Made by a program: the position numbers and the translations under genes | Assembly: GCA_964016885.1 (NCBI GenBank) | Contig: OZ024740.1 | Coordinates: 374,604,001 to 374,668,000, forward strand | Origin: Eledone cirrhosa | Taxonomy: Eukaryota | Reading direction: 5' to 3' | Length of the DNA stretch: 64,000 nt | Part shown: piece after piece, positions 26,195 through 40,516 of the stretch | Numbering within the stretch: position 1 is the first letter of the stretch | How the letters are laid out: every line of letters starts with the position of its first letter | Notes under the pieces: generated by a model | Seen by the model: only the letters and a program-made list of their open reading frames with translations | Told to the model about the DNA's origin: nothing | Database searches by the model: none

Positions 26195-29100
26195 TTTTTC
26201 CAGTCCTCAAACTACAAGCGTATATTCAGAGCGTTCCCGTTCACTTGGAGCATTCTCGCTACATACATCCACCTTTCAACAAACTTGCTAGAAGACAGCA
26301 CTTGCCTCTCCACTCTGATTTTCCTCTTCAAGTGAAACTTGAAAGAGTTAATCAGGGATTAACCCTTTTAGCCTTCTACACCACACAATCTCTTTTCCAT
26401 GGGTACCAGGCAGAAGAAAACCGCCTGCCCTTCCTCCTCGATGGACGACGGTGAGACCATCTGCACGATGAACTCAGTCGATAACCGGATTTGTCCTACA
26501 CGCGACAGCAACTGTTCGACATAGCTCCACATGTCAGCAATGCTTGGGCACGGAACCAGTGCGTATACGACGGTTTCGTCGCTCTGCACGTATCTTGGAC
26601 AGGCTCGGCTGACGGTTCTTCCGTGCCTGTAGAGCTTATATCGAACCGTCAACGCTCCCCTGTAGTACTGCCTGGCCAGGAATTTCTGGAAGTAATCCAT
26701 AGGCCCTGGGCTGAAAGTTCGCCTGAAGAGACCAGACAGCTGACCTTCTCCGACGCCCAAGATCTCTCCGAGAATGTCGTCTCCTTTCCCCTCCACTAGT
26801 ACTCTATAGAACGCCGAGGTGGATGATGCACCGATACTGGTGCCCAACTAGCAGAGGGCAATGAGGGCCTGGAGACATTCCAGTTTCCAAGCGCTATCCC
26901 TCGGTTTTTTTCTGACTCAGGACTGCAGCTCCGTCAAGGAGACGAGTGTGGGAAAACGTGCCTGGCGAACGGCGACCACACATGTTCACCATCAAGGAAG
27001 CACCAGAGATGTCGCAGCCTCAGCGCATGTTTGCGCATCATCAGTCAGAGTATGCCCAGTCCTCCACGCAACGGGTGTTGACAGCAGATGGATCGTCTGA
27101 CCATGGGAGCGAGTCCCTTCCACAAAAAGCTGAAGAGGAGGCGCTCCATTTTGGTGAGAGTTGGGCTGGAGCAAGGGACGACGGTGAGGCGGTAGCAGAT
27201 GAGGATTCGATGTACGAATTCGACACCTCCGCCCGGCTTTTCAGGGACAGCTTACTCTCGGCCCATTTCTGGGTGAGGGAGGCCACCCTGCTCGTCACCT
27301 CATTCCAGTTTTTCTCCATCTGGAGATCCGGTCCGAACCAGATCCCGAGCAATTTAACCGGTCCGTCCGCCTAACGCCCCACGATGCTGTCTAGCGGCTT
27401 GGACATGCCTCTCCAGGTGCCGATCTGCAAGCCCACCGACTTTTCCTGGTTTATCTTTGCTCCTGTCACCGCTTCGTATTCCTTGAGAGCGGTGCCGAGC
27501 ATCTGGACGTGTCTGGTACTCGACACCACCACGGTGACGTCGTCAGCGTAAGCCGACTCGGATTTCCCGCATCCTAGTTCGCGTAGGACACCCCTCATCG
27601 CCCCCAGTTTGTGCAGTGACGGCTGGAGAGCCAATACGTACAAGAGGGACGATAGGGGACAACGCTGGCGGACTGAGTGCATGATGCTGAACGGCTGCGA
27701 CAGAGGACTGTTCACCCTCACAACCGAGCAGATGTCGCTGTACATCGTTGTGATCCAAACCCTGAAAACGGGCCCGAAACCTGCCTCGAGGACCGCCACG
27801 AGGTATCGATGGTCGACTCCATCGAAGCTTTGGATTGATCCAAGTTGATCAGGGCTCCACCTGTGCAAGGTTCCTTAACCATCCTCTCTACGATGTATCG
27901 CATGAGGTAGAGATTCTCGTGCATGGATATGTCCGGAATGGCGCATGTCTGCACCACTCCCACCAGATCCTCGACGACAATTGCTAAAACCTTGGGTAAA
28001 ATCTTGAACTCTGCGTTTAGCAGGGTTATGGGCCTGAATTTATCGATAACATTCCCCTGTTCGATTCTTTTCTCAGCAGCACCACAGCTCCCCGGCTCAC
28101 AAAACTGGGAATGCTCCCGCTCTGCTGCCTGTTCCAGTAGACGGCTACCAAGAGGTCACCGAACAAGTCTGGCATAAATGCATAAATCTCGGAGGGGAGA
28201 CCATCCAAACCTGGCGTATTACCCCTCGTGTAATTAGCCATCACTTCCCATATTTCACCGGCTATTATTCGCTTTTAGCAACACTGTGCTGCGGTCGTTG
28301 AGAGCCGAGGCAGTCCGTCGAGGTTTTCACTGAATTCCATACCCCGATTCGGCCAGCCGCTGCTCCCGAACAGTTTAGCAAAGTGCTGCTGAAAAGCCTC
28401 ACACATCTCCTCGGGTTGGAGCAACACGCGCCCGTTTTGGTCAGACAAAGACCGAATTGTGGCTTTGTTGCCACGTCGCGCCTCTGCCACCCGGGCCCAT
28501 TGGACGGCGTTCTTCCCCTCGTATTTCAGAGCACGCGCTCTAGCTCAGACAACGCAGCCTTCGTGTTTTGCGTTGAAGAATTGGTCGAGTGCCAACCTCG
28601 CCGCAAGCACGTCGGTTGCGATGCCTGTCCTATACACCTCTTCTAGTTTTCTGACTAGCTCTCCCTCTACTCTATTTTCCTCTATCACTACTCCTTTCCT
28701 GAACATAATCGACTCTACTTTAATTGTCCCTTTCAGGGCAAACCACAACCTGTTGTTGACGACCGCTCCCGTCAACGCCCTCTTAACCAATACGCTAATC
28801 CGGTCTCTGTAGTCTTTGCGCGCCGGGAAAGACGCGTTCAGCTTCCAATAACCTGGTCCTTGTCTATGAAGTCTGTCTATGTCGATCTTACAGATCCCAA
28901 ATTTATGGTCCCTGTAGACGACTATTTTAAATTGTGGACAACCTATACTAGCATTGTCTAGTTCCCTGCAGAATACCCTATATAGAAACGATCTGGATGA
29001 CCCGATGCGTTTTGTCCATGTCCACATTGGCACATTCGGGTGATCCAGTCGATAGCTGTCAGACAGTTCAAAACGTCTGAGCAGGTTGGTGAGGCTCTTG

Positions 29101-29483
29101 CACCCTCCTCCGCTATCCACTATCCCCACATAATCCCAGCGTGCATCCAAGATACCGTTCCAGTCGCCCACTAACACTAAAGAGCGGGACGTTCCCAGAA
29201 AGGTCTGTTGACGTCTGAAGAAATCTGGCCGCCCTTCCCCTGTCGGGGCCTATATGGCTACTAGACTGAAAGCGTTGCCTTCGGTGCGGCTTACGTCCAG
29301 CACCACCGACTTACCTTCTGGGTCCAGGAAGATGGTCTGTGGTCTGTATGGCGAGACCCAAGCCATTCCGAAACAGGCCACTACATCTATGTGTTGTTAC
29401 CTGTGGTCGTTAAGCAAGTTACCCTGCTTCCAAACCGAGATCAAACCACGCACGTTTACACTTCCGATCCTGAATTCCGCCAT
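26195..29483 (-). pseudogene. ORF2 APE endonuclease + RT (disrupted)
   Basis: MAEFRIGSVNVRGL, VGDWN, TWT, DH, GPGYWKLN, PGLDGLP, RQRCPLSSLLY, AYADDVT. Confidence 0.9.
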
Positions 29484-29548
29484 GTTGGGTGAGGAACGGG
29501 GTAAGTGACAAAGGATCACTTACCTTGATCATCTGGGGAAGGGGCCGT

Positions 29549-31601
29549 TTAACCGTCCCTTCGGCTGGTCGCCAGCTCTTCTGTGAGTACATCCGAGTAT
29601 ACTCTCCGGTTGTGTGACCTTCCTAGATCTCTGAAATAACCAACTGCGTTGTTGAATTTCATTTTAATGTTAGTGTAATCTTTCTGTGATATTCTTACCA
29701 GTATTATGTTCGTTGGTGTTTTGATTGGTGCTGGTATTATGGAGTCGTGTTGTGAAATGTCTGTGTGTTCAATTATGTAAGTCATTAGTTTATTGTTGTG
29801 TGAATTTATTGCTGTGCAATTCTTTTTTTTGGGGGGTGGGGTGTGGTTTTGCTGTTTTTTGTCGTTGTTGCTGGGTGTGTGTGTTTTATGTTGTGTTTGC
29901 GATGTTGGTGTTTGTGGTGGTGTTGTTGATGGTGTTGTTGTTGTTGGCGGTGGGGTTGCCGCCGGTGGTGATGACAGTGCTAGTGTGGGTGGTGATGGTG
30001 TTGGTGGTGTTGCTGATGTAAGTCTCTTTGCAGTAGCCTTCACCCTTTTTTCATCTCTTCCCTCCCTTTTCGAAGGTGACGATGCGCTGCTTCTGTGCTT
30101 GTGCCTTCTTGCGAACTTTTGCCATCCCTCTTCCACCTCACACTCCATGTCCGATTCTGTGAGGACGAGGAGCGGTACCAGCACCACTCTATCACTTGTT
30201 CTTGTTGGTGACGGTTGTAGTGCAGTCTCTGTTGCAGCTGCAGTTGGCATTACTGTTGTTGATACATCCAGTGCTGCTGTTGTTCTTGATTTGGGTATGG
30301 GTTCCACAGACCTATCCTTCCTGCTTGCCGCCTGTCCTGTTGCCGATAGCAGTGGAGCCGGTTTCGGAAGGAGGGGGGTTTTCTCCTTTCTCAGGGTCTT
30401 CTCGTTGCAGAAGGCCCTGAGGTGAGTCTTCGACCCACAGCGAAAGCATTTCGGGCGATTGCCCTCAACATTTATGGGGAGTTGAGGACCGTTATCGAAG
30501 CCTATCACATCCGGGATAGCTTCGATACACTCCTGGTCGGTTTGAATTAAAATCTCAATAGAGGCGCCAAATCAATCTGCTTGTAATTTGTTTGTACTTG
30601 CAGTACGGTTGTTTTGTCCTCGATTCCGACGAGAACAGATGCGGTCATACAAGAAGGGGTCATCCCGGGAGGGATTGGGTCAGTTTGACCCTCACAATTT
30701 TGTACCCGCAGTAGGAGGGCACCAACACCATTTCCTCGCTCCTTAGGATCACTAAAGTCTGAGCCTTTGCCTCCAGGGTTGCGGCAAAACGAACGTTTTC
30801 CGCTGCCACACAGTCCCTAAGGCTTTTTGTATTTGAGCCTCTGTGGCTCTTTCAAACCTACGTGACCGTAGAGTGCTGTTGGATTTCGAAACATTATTCG
30901 GCTGCCTTGCAGATTACTCGGTGTTCGTATTTCGTCACCATCTTCCTTGCTTCCTGTAATTCTTCGTTTGTTGTAAGGATGCTTTCTAGGTTCCTTGCGA
31001 TACCTGCAAATGAGATTGGTTTTTCTTTGGTGTTGTTGTTGTTGTTGTTGTTGTCGTCGTCAGAGCTGCTGTTACATTTGTTGTTGCTGCTGGTACTACG
31101 ACCGCCTCCAACGCTGTTGCTGTTGTAGTTGTTGTTGTTGTTGTTGTTGTTGTTTTTGTAGCTGGTGTTCTTGTTGTTGTTGCTGTTGTTGTTGTTGTTG
31201 CTGATACTGTTGTTGTTTATGCTGCTGCTGATGTTGTTGCTACTAGTATTTTTCCCGCCACTGTTGCTGCTGCTGCTGCTGCTGTTATTACGGCTGCTGC
31301 TGCTATTCTTCATGACGTCAGGCGGATGAAATGGCTTTCCGGATTTACCGCACACCTCTTTCGTCGTCATCGTCTTGGGGAAATGTTCCACGGCTCGCGT
31401 GTTCTCTTGATGAAGAACGCTACGAGAAACTACATATTTCTTTTTCTTTAATGGCGTCGCTTGCCAAAGAGGCGACAGAGGCGACACCACATTTAGAGAA
31501 GGAAGGGAGAGAGATAATCTTTTCTCTGACGTGATGACGATTGGGGGAGAAGAAGACGGAAGGAGTGGGACTGATGTGTGAAAATTCTCTTTTGTAGACA
31601 T
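29549..31601 (-). pseudogene. ORF1 gag-like protein with CCHC knuckle plus poly-Asn and Pro/Thr-rich tracts (frameshifted)
   Basis: CFRCGSKTHLRAFC (CX2CX4HX4C); ORFs 30894-31601 and 29549-30508. Confidence 0.8.
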
Positions 31602-31674
31602 GTTTTTTTACGGTTTTATTGTTTTTTAAAATGAATATTGGGCACAAATCCCCAATAACTGCTTATTTAACCCT

Positions 31675-32387
31675 GCTAATGGCTGCGCAAGAGCAAGCCC
31701 TCAGAACGAAGTGGGTGAAACACCATATTTACAAGGAGGAGGCTAGCTCACTGTGTAGGTTCTGTAGAGAGAGAGAGGAGAATGTGGCTCACATTGTATC
31801 CGAGTGTAAACACCTAGCCCAGGCTCACTATAAAGGCTGGAGACAAGATGTTCTAGGCAGGGTGATCCACTGGTACATATGCAAAGTAAACAATTTATCA
31901 CATTCTGAGAAGTTGTATGAACATAAGCCAGAAAACAATCAGGTGAAGGTGCTGTGGGATTGTAGGATACAGACCTACAAGAAACTGGAACACAATAGAC
32001 CTGACCTGGTGGTTTTGGACAAGGAAAAAAGATCATGCCTGATTGTGGATGTGGCCTGCCCATTCGACACGAGAGTGCAAGAGAAGGAGAAGGAGAAAAT
32101 TAACCGATACCAGGACTTAAAGTGGGAGGTAAAAAGGATTTGGAACTGCCATGAAGTCAAGGTTTTCCCGATTGTCATAAGCGCACTAGGTACTATCTCA
32201 AAGAGTTTCCAAGGATGGTTAAAGAAGATTAGTCCAGCCCCGCTTTTTGGAACTCTTCAAAAGGCATGCTTGCTAGGAATCGCAAGGACCCTCCGATGCA
32301 TCCTGACTATCTGAGGCTGCCGGTAGCGGCTTGATATTCATTTCAACAAACCTTCCAGATAAATAACATCAATGACTGAGACACAAA

Positions 32388-32388
<1 letters not shown>
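31675..32388 (+). mobile_element. Family B 3' fragment (CCHC, RLE, 3' UTR)
   Basis: Matches 17936-18661; followed by (TAA)n. Confidence 0.92.
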
Positions 32389-32423
<35 letters not shown>

Positions 32424-32425
<2 letters not shown>

Positions 32426-32752
32426 GCACAAAGCCATCAATTTTTGGGGTAGGAAAGTCGAATAAATCGAGCCCCATGCGCGTCTGGTACTTTATTTTAT
32501 CGACCCCGTAAAGATGAAAGTCGAAGTTAACCTCAGCGGGATTTGAACTCATAATAATAATAATAATTGTGAGGTTTTTTGGCACAAGGCCAGCAATTAG
32601 CCAGTAAATTACTGGCACTTTATTTTATCGACCCCGTAAGGATGAAAGGCAAATTATCCTCGGCGGGATTTGAACTCAGTCCGTAAAGGGGCGTAACTAT
32701 GCTGCAAAGCATAGCGTCCGACCCACTACCGATACTTCCAATCCACCACCCT
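32424..32752 (-). mobile_element. Two tRNA-derived SINE copies (octopus-type), separated by (TAA)n
   Basis: B box gttcaaatcc, then gccgagg...tttgcctttcatccttacggggtcgataaaataaagt...ggccttgtgcc. Confidence 0.85.
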
Positions 32753-32770
32753 TAATAATAATAATAATAA

Positions 32771-34350
32771 GGATGATGATTTAATTTATTGACTAAAAGG
32801 GCCGACAGGTAGGGGATAATACAAAGACACGGACAGTGAGGGCTTAAAATAAGCTCGTGTAAAAGTGCAGTATGGCAAAACAGCTTAACAAAGAAAATAT
32901 AAAATAAAATATGCATAAACATAACAAAATATACTCCCCGATAAGGGGTGGACAGTCCAGGGGCGTCTTATGTACCCCACCAGTGCTGAACCACCCGACG
33001 CTTCTAGGGCACCCAGAGAGGGGACCTCTCTCCTCCTTACATAAACCAGCCTACAGGTGCATGGTCAGAGTAGGCCTACTCACACGGGCCATTCTCACCA
33101 CATTCATCCACTTTTAGCAAATGTACGTGGGGGGGGGGGGCAGCACTTACTTGTCCACCCTCACCCCCTTTCCAGGTTAAACTTGAAGAAGTTGATGAGG
33201 GATTGGCCGAAGAGAAAAGTGTCTATCTTCAGTCCTTTCAGTCTGGTCCAAAATTCAACCTCTTTTGCAACTGCAACCAGACTGAGTAATATTGCCTTCC
33301 CTTCCTGTCCAAAAGAAGACGGCGGTTCGATTTTCAATATGGACTCATACGTGGCGGATCCAATCTACACGTGACAACAGCTGGTCGACATAACTCCATA
33401 AGTCAGTAAAAATGCACGGACATTGAACAAGTGCGTATAGGAGGGTTTCGTCTCTGCGCACATCTCGGGTAGGTCCATCTGAAAGCACTCCTATCCCTCC
33501 AACAATGTGCCGAACACCTCGATTTCCGATGTGTCCGACACCATCATGGTGATGTCCGTATAAGCCGATACTACCTTTCCACATCCCGGTTCGAGCGTAA
33601 TACTATGCAACAGCTCCAGCTTCCTTGGATGAGGGACGAGTATCAATACGTACATAAGGGAGGACACCCTTGACGTACCGATCGGGTGATCTGAAAGGGT
33701 TGCGAGAGGTGGCCATAAATTTTAACCACCGAGTAGATGCCGATGTGCATTGAAGTGTATCCAGCCTCTGAAGATTGGACCGAAGGCAGCTGGCTTTAGG
33801 AAAGACAGCGTCTAGGTATCGATGTTCGACCCTAGTGAAAGCGTTTGATTGTTCTAAATTGATCATATCCCCACTGAAGCCAGGTTTACACCATATTCTC
33901 TCTATGATGTATTGCATGAGGTGGAGGTTGTCGTGTATGGACATGTTTGGTATTGCGCAAGTTTGTGCTTCCCCTACCAATCCTCGAAGACAAGCACCAC
34001 CCTCTTCGGTAACACCTTGGATAAACACTTAACCTCTCTGTTTAGCAGAGTAATGGGACTGAAGTTGTCTATTGCATCTCTTTTGTTCTCTTCTTTCCTT
34101 ATCAGCGTCACTACGCCCCTGCTAACAGAACTGGGAATATTTCTTCTCTGATGTCAGTTGCAGTAGAGCGCTTCAAGTAGATCTGAAAACAAGTCGGGCA
34201 TATCCACGTAACGCTCGTAGGGTTGACCATCCAACCCAAGTGACTTGCGCCTCGTGCCGCTGACTAAAGCATCTTGAATCTTGGTTGAAGATATCGGCTT
34301 TTCGCAGCCCTTAGCATCGGCTAGCGTGTGACGCGGTAAACCATCGAGGT
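32771..34350 (-). mobile_element. L1/Tx1-type LINE, internally deleted 3' portion
   Basis: AQTCAIPNMSIHDNLHLM, INLEQSNAFTRVEH; 3' end aataaatt near 32785. Confidence 0.82.
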
Positions 34351-34667
34351 TGGGACTTACAGCTTATAATTGCATGCAATACTTTGTAAAAGTTGGCCAC
34401 TTAACCGTTTTGATATGGACTTTCATGGAACTTGTCGAATTTTCTCCAATTAATTGAAGTGTTAAAATTTCCGGCAGTTTGGCATGAGCATTGAGTCCGA
34501 AATTCGAAGATCTTCAGTTACAAATGAAGATGAAAATATGTACCACTACGTGTCACAAGAGAGATTAAATACCATCGCTTCGGAAAGAAAAGATTATGTT
34601 TAAAGTCATACATACATATGTATGGATGCACGTACATGATTACTAGTTATGTATCTGCAAATATACT

Positions 34668-34711
<44 letters not shown>

Positions 34712-35334
34712 TATATATATAATATGTATATAGATGCTCTTTTACTCGTTTAACTGCTCTAGCCAACTGGCTGAGGCCATACATGTATGTTTGTGTATGC
34801 GTGTTTATAGTCATTTATATTTTCTCTCCACATTGAACCAAGTTGGGTATAACAAAATAGGTACAAGTGAATTATGTATTAGGGCCCTACTGCAAATGCA
34901 GCTGCAGACAAACACACATAAGTGCACCAAACACATAAATATTCCAAACATCGCATATTATTTGTGCTGATTAAAATACATTTTATTTTGCTATTTTACC
35001 AGAGGAATGTGCCGCTATTTTTTTCATAATGTAATTAAATTATTATTTCATTCTAATTTTGTATATCTCACTATTTTGTAAAAAAACATATATATGTATG
35101 TATATTGACATAATATAGTTTAAATGTATATTTTCGTTTATACAATATATATATGTGTTATATTTTTCAATATATATATTTATATAGATATTTTGTGTGT
35201 GTTTTTGTCAGTCATTTTAAGCTAGTTGTATCATACTTCAACACTGTTTATAGAAATATAGTCAGTGCCGTCTCCAGGCGTGGTGAAACATTATTGTTTA
35301 TAACTTCCATTAATACTGATAATTGTTTCTTCTT

Positions 35335-35450
35335 TTGGCACAAGGCGAGCAATTACCCAGTACATTACTGGTACTTAATTTTATCGAGCCGTATGGATGA
35401 AAGGCAAAGTTAACCTCGGCGGGATTTTACCTCAGATCATAAAGGGACTG
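35335..35450 (-). mobile_element. SINE fragment (same family)
   Basis: ggcacaagg...ttttatcga...gatgaaaggcaaagttaacctcggcgggattt. Confidence 0.8.
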
Positions 35451-36549
35451 ATAATGATGATACATAGATAACTAAATACCGGAGCTTGAACGACATTTTC
35501 CTTTTCATACCGGTCCATGTCGAGACCTTTGATGTCCTGGTATTCGCACTGCTGATTTTTTCCACAAAATCTGAAAAAGTAGCCGCGGATATATATTTGG
35601 CAATTTATCCCAGGGGCGTGGCAGAAACACCTCACAGCGTTGGGTATGCTCTCTGGCAATCTCTCTTACTTGCTTCCATTGCGTGATTCCTTTTTTCTTA
35701 GTGCTTTTTTTAAATATTATATTTTAGATTTTATTCTGAATTATAACAATATGAAAAATGAGATTCTGCTTAAAATAAAATAAAGAAAAGAGACTGGTTA
35801 TCTAATATCCATGCAGAAACTGGGAAAATTTAATCTGAGAGACTAAAAAAATCAAAAGGACATAAGTCATAAATGCCCTCGGGTTCAAAGTTATAATAAA
35901 CGAAACAGGAAATCCACTTCCAAGCTTAAGCATGAGTGATTTAAGACGTTAGATAATTCCATCAATGCGATGTGTAACGTTGATTGCACGTGTATGAATA
36001 TATATATATATATGTATATCAAATGTATATATTGAGTTAGAAACTCAAAATAGTCTTAGTATATTTTTAACCTTAGCGAATCTGGTGCCTTACGATTTGA
36101 ACACATATATGTATATATCTGTGTTTATCTCTCTTTTTATATTCAATTATAATATACGGCTCGGAAAAATCTCTTTCCTTGGGCTGTTTTATTGTAAGAC
36201 AATGTTGAGTTTCTAACTCAATATATACCTTTGATATATTCGGCTCCGTTAATTTGTAGAACTAAATTAAATGTCGAATAAACTTGACTTCTATTTTTAG
36301 TGGTATGAGTTTGTGAGACACGGTAGGTTATGATACCACGTGCCTTATTGTATATACGCACACTATTCAGTTTTCTGATATACTTAGAAGGGAGGAGTTT
36401 ACTAATTTTTCACCCACTGATGAGCAATAAAAGTTGTTAATTCTGTTGAAAATTGGATTGCGAAACAGCATCGCCAAGCAAATCTGGCCCCTACGATTTG
36501 AACACATATATGTATATGACTGTGTTTATCTCTCATTTATATTCAATTA

Positions 36550-36644
<95 letters not shown>

Positions 36645-36646
<2 letters not shown>

Positions 36647-36832
36647 CGAAGGAAATGTGGTAAGGAACCAGATGGACCATAACGCACCAAAGTACTCAAT
36701 ACTTAGTGTAGTAGAGTGGGTAATAGGAACGAGTAGGACCCCGACAGCTGAGCTCAAGCCGTTTCGACGGCTAATTCGGTCCAGAATTAGCCGTCGAAAC
36801 GGCTTGAGCTCAGCCGTCGGGGTCCTACTCGT

Positions 36833-36838
<6 letters not shown>
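36645..36838. mobile_element. Short (TA)n-flanked hairpin-plus-tail element
   Basis: About 55-bp stem 36722-36838; its roughly 80-nt tail recurs at 38708-38805; related piece at 60587-60640. Confidence 0.75.
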
Positions 36839-36889
<51 letters not shown>

Positions 36890-36890
<1 letters not shown>

Positions 36891-37470
36891 CCCTAGATCC
36901 ATGGACGAGTTCTCTCCAGCGGTCTCTATCCCTCATTATCGCTGCCATGTCCTGCGTCTCCAACAGACAAGTGTCTGGCCTTAGAGCGTCAACATAAGTT
37001 AATTTCGGTCTTCCTTTTCCAGTGTGGGAAGGATATTAGAGGAGTATATTAGAGGGAGTTAGAGAAAAGTGCCTTCCATGGTTTTCATTGACTTTAGGAA
37101 GGCCTTTGATTCTGTTGGCCCTCACTGCCTTATGAAGATCTTACAAGCTTATGGAATTCCAAAGAAGCTAGGGAACCTGATATCACTGCATTACACCAAC
37201 ACCAAAGACAAGTCATTACACACGATGGGTTGACAGAGTTCTTTGAGATACTGGTTGGAGTGCTCCAGGGAGATACATTAGCTCCCTACCATTTTATCAT
37301 GGTAACACCGGCTCAGAGCAGGAGAATTAAGGAAAATAAGATATCGGATGCTGAATTTGCCGACGACATAGTTTTGGTGACAAACACAGTGAAGGGGGCA
37401 GAGGATTTGATGCATAAGATGGAGACTGTGTCGATTAGTGTGGGGCTGAGAATGAGTGAGATTAAGACAG
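36890..37470. mobile_element. RTE LINE remnant with 5' inversion (3' end on minus strand 36890-37028, RT piece on plus strand 37029-37470)
   Basis: Plus strand: [27 protein letters not shown]. Minus part matches 60215-60360. (TA)n on both flanks. Confidence 0.8.
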
Positions 37471-37668
37471 AAATATATATATATATATATATATGTGTGT
37501 ATATGCGTGTATATATCTATATGTGTGTATTTATAGATATGTATGTATGTATATGTTTGCGTGTATGTGTATGTGGGTGTGTGAGTGTATGTGTGCGCAC
37601 GCATATATGTATATATGTGTGTATATATATATATATATACACTGATAGATAATATATATATATATATA

Positions 37669-38475
<807 letters not shown>

Positions 38476-38659
38476 TTGTTGGTTTATCTACTGTAGGTTA
38501 GCAGTTCCACGAAAGAGTGGATTTGGAAAAAGGTAAAATAACATTAAAAAAACTATTACTGTGGGCAATATGATACAGTAATCATTTAAATACAGTTCCA
38601 CACTAAGGCTGGAAAGAAGCAACAGGTGAAAGAGAGAAAGATTATCTATCTATTGACGG

Positions 38660-38709
<50 letters not shown>

Positions 38710-38801
38710 CAAAGGAATTGTGGTAAGGAACCAGATGGACCATAACCCACCAGAGTACTCAATACTTAGGGTAGTAGAGTGGCAAATAGGAAAAACCTTT
38801 T

Positions 38802-38844
<43 letters not shown>

Positions 38845-38886
38845 CTCTAAGAAAATTAAAAAAATATATGATCAACACTACTAAAT

Positions 38887-39692
38887 GTTTGAATTTTGAA
38901 ATTTAAACTTGTCTAGGCACCAGGCAGTTGCCATTTTACGTCTGTAATTTAATATTTAAAATTCTCTAGATCGATACAGACGGACTATATGCACTTGAAT
39001 TAAGGTATTTCTATCTGGCTAAAAAAATATTGTCATTTTGCAAAAAAAACATAGTAGTATTGATCATATATTTTTTTTATTTTTAAATTGTAATGTAATG
39101 CTTAGAAGTATTTTTCTTAGAGCTTAATATTTGTAACTGACTACTAAACTGAAATTATCTGCTCCTTCGGTTGAGCTGACTTCATAATCACATATTCACG
39201 GCTGTTATCTCTAGCGCCATGGATATGAGCCAGAATGCTGAGAAGGTCGTGTGCAAAAGCACATGTATTAGGCTTGCGACAGATCAGTCTTAAGATATTA
39301 TCTTAGGAGAAGTTATTTTAATTTCTGGGTGCCTACCGAAGATCACAGAAAATTGATTACTTCACTAATAATTATTTTATAAATAGTTGTTCCGTAATTA
39401 ATTAATTATTTCATTAGTATAACATCCCTTGTGAAACAGGTTTATGTTTTGAAGTTCCGCCCGATCTGCTGAAAAGGTTTGAATTTTGAAATTTAAACTT
39501 GTCTAGGCACCAGGCAGTTGCCATTTTACGTCTGTAAGTATAGATTTAATATTTAAAATTCTCTAGATCGATACAGACGGACTATATGTACTTGAATTAA
39601 GGTATTTCTATCTGGCTAAAAAATTATTGTTATTTTGCAAAAAAAACACAGTAGTGTTGATCATATATTTTTTTAATTTTTAAATTGTAATA
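38887..39692. repeat. About 210-bp direct repeat pair (38887-39093 and 39477-39692)
   Basis: gtttgaattttgaaatttaaacttgtctaggcaccaggcag...ttttaaattgtaat twice; short inverted ends at 38843-38882 / 39052-39124. Confidence 0.9.
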
Positions 39693-40475
39693 TATATATA
39701 TATATATATTTGTTTGTGTGCGAAATATTTCAATGTTAACCGAACGTTGCTTTTTTATTCATGTCACTGTGGATGCTACACCAGCGAATGATAGTATACA
39801 TATATATGTTTATACGTATGTACTCAGATTGTTCTGACTATATACAATATGTCTTAGCCCAATAAACCTAGTTTGTTAAAGTAGATAACGGATTCATGCA
39901 TTAAGATGCAATTCTGATATGGTGGTAACATCATGAGTGTTTTAGTAAGAAGACTGCTTGATTAAAGCCGGTCTGAGTCTTATCAAGAACAAAACAACAC
40001 AACAAAAACCATCAGCTATGGCATTTTGGAACAACAATCTGCATCTCTCAAACAATATTACTAATATTCTAGATAAATATATAAAAATATATTTATAATT
40101 AAATTTTCCATTTATAATTATCTTGCAAATATACACGTATATTGTAGGAAAAGTATTGCATATAATATCCGTTACAAGGAAGTGAATGGTAAGGATGCTA
40201 AGTGACATTGGGAAAAACTTAATATAGTTGCAATATGAATAAAATACAATCTTATATCTATGTAGATTTGAATGTATAAAAGATGAAATCAGATTTTCAG
40301 AAATGTTTATTTATACGTCATGTATAACGTGTGCATTCTTTTTGCTATCATTTTAACGGCTATCTATTAGACTATGCTTGTTTGATATACACACATACAT
40401 ATAACACATAATTATGCATGTATTCTCTCATACATGCACACATATTTATATAGATACCGAAATATACAAAATGCT

Positions 40476-40516
<41 letters not shown>

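Larger units (their letters stand above)
25997..31674 (-). mobile_element. Near full-length L1/Tx1-type LINE
   Basis: ORF1 31601-29549; ORF2 from ATG 29483; A-rich 3' end near 26000. Confidence 0.9.

Noticed and set aside
32650-32752. tRNA gene (A/B boxes)
   Set aside because: It is the tRNA-derived head of a multicopy SINE; no cloverleaf
39142-39301. CCCH zinc finger reading of ICRKPNTCAFAHD
   Set aside because: The first Cys is missing and an in-frame stop lies just upstream; the collinear context favours a TEP-like reading, itself uncertain
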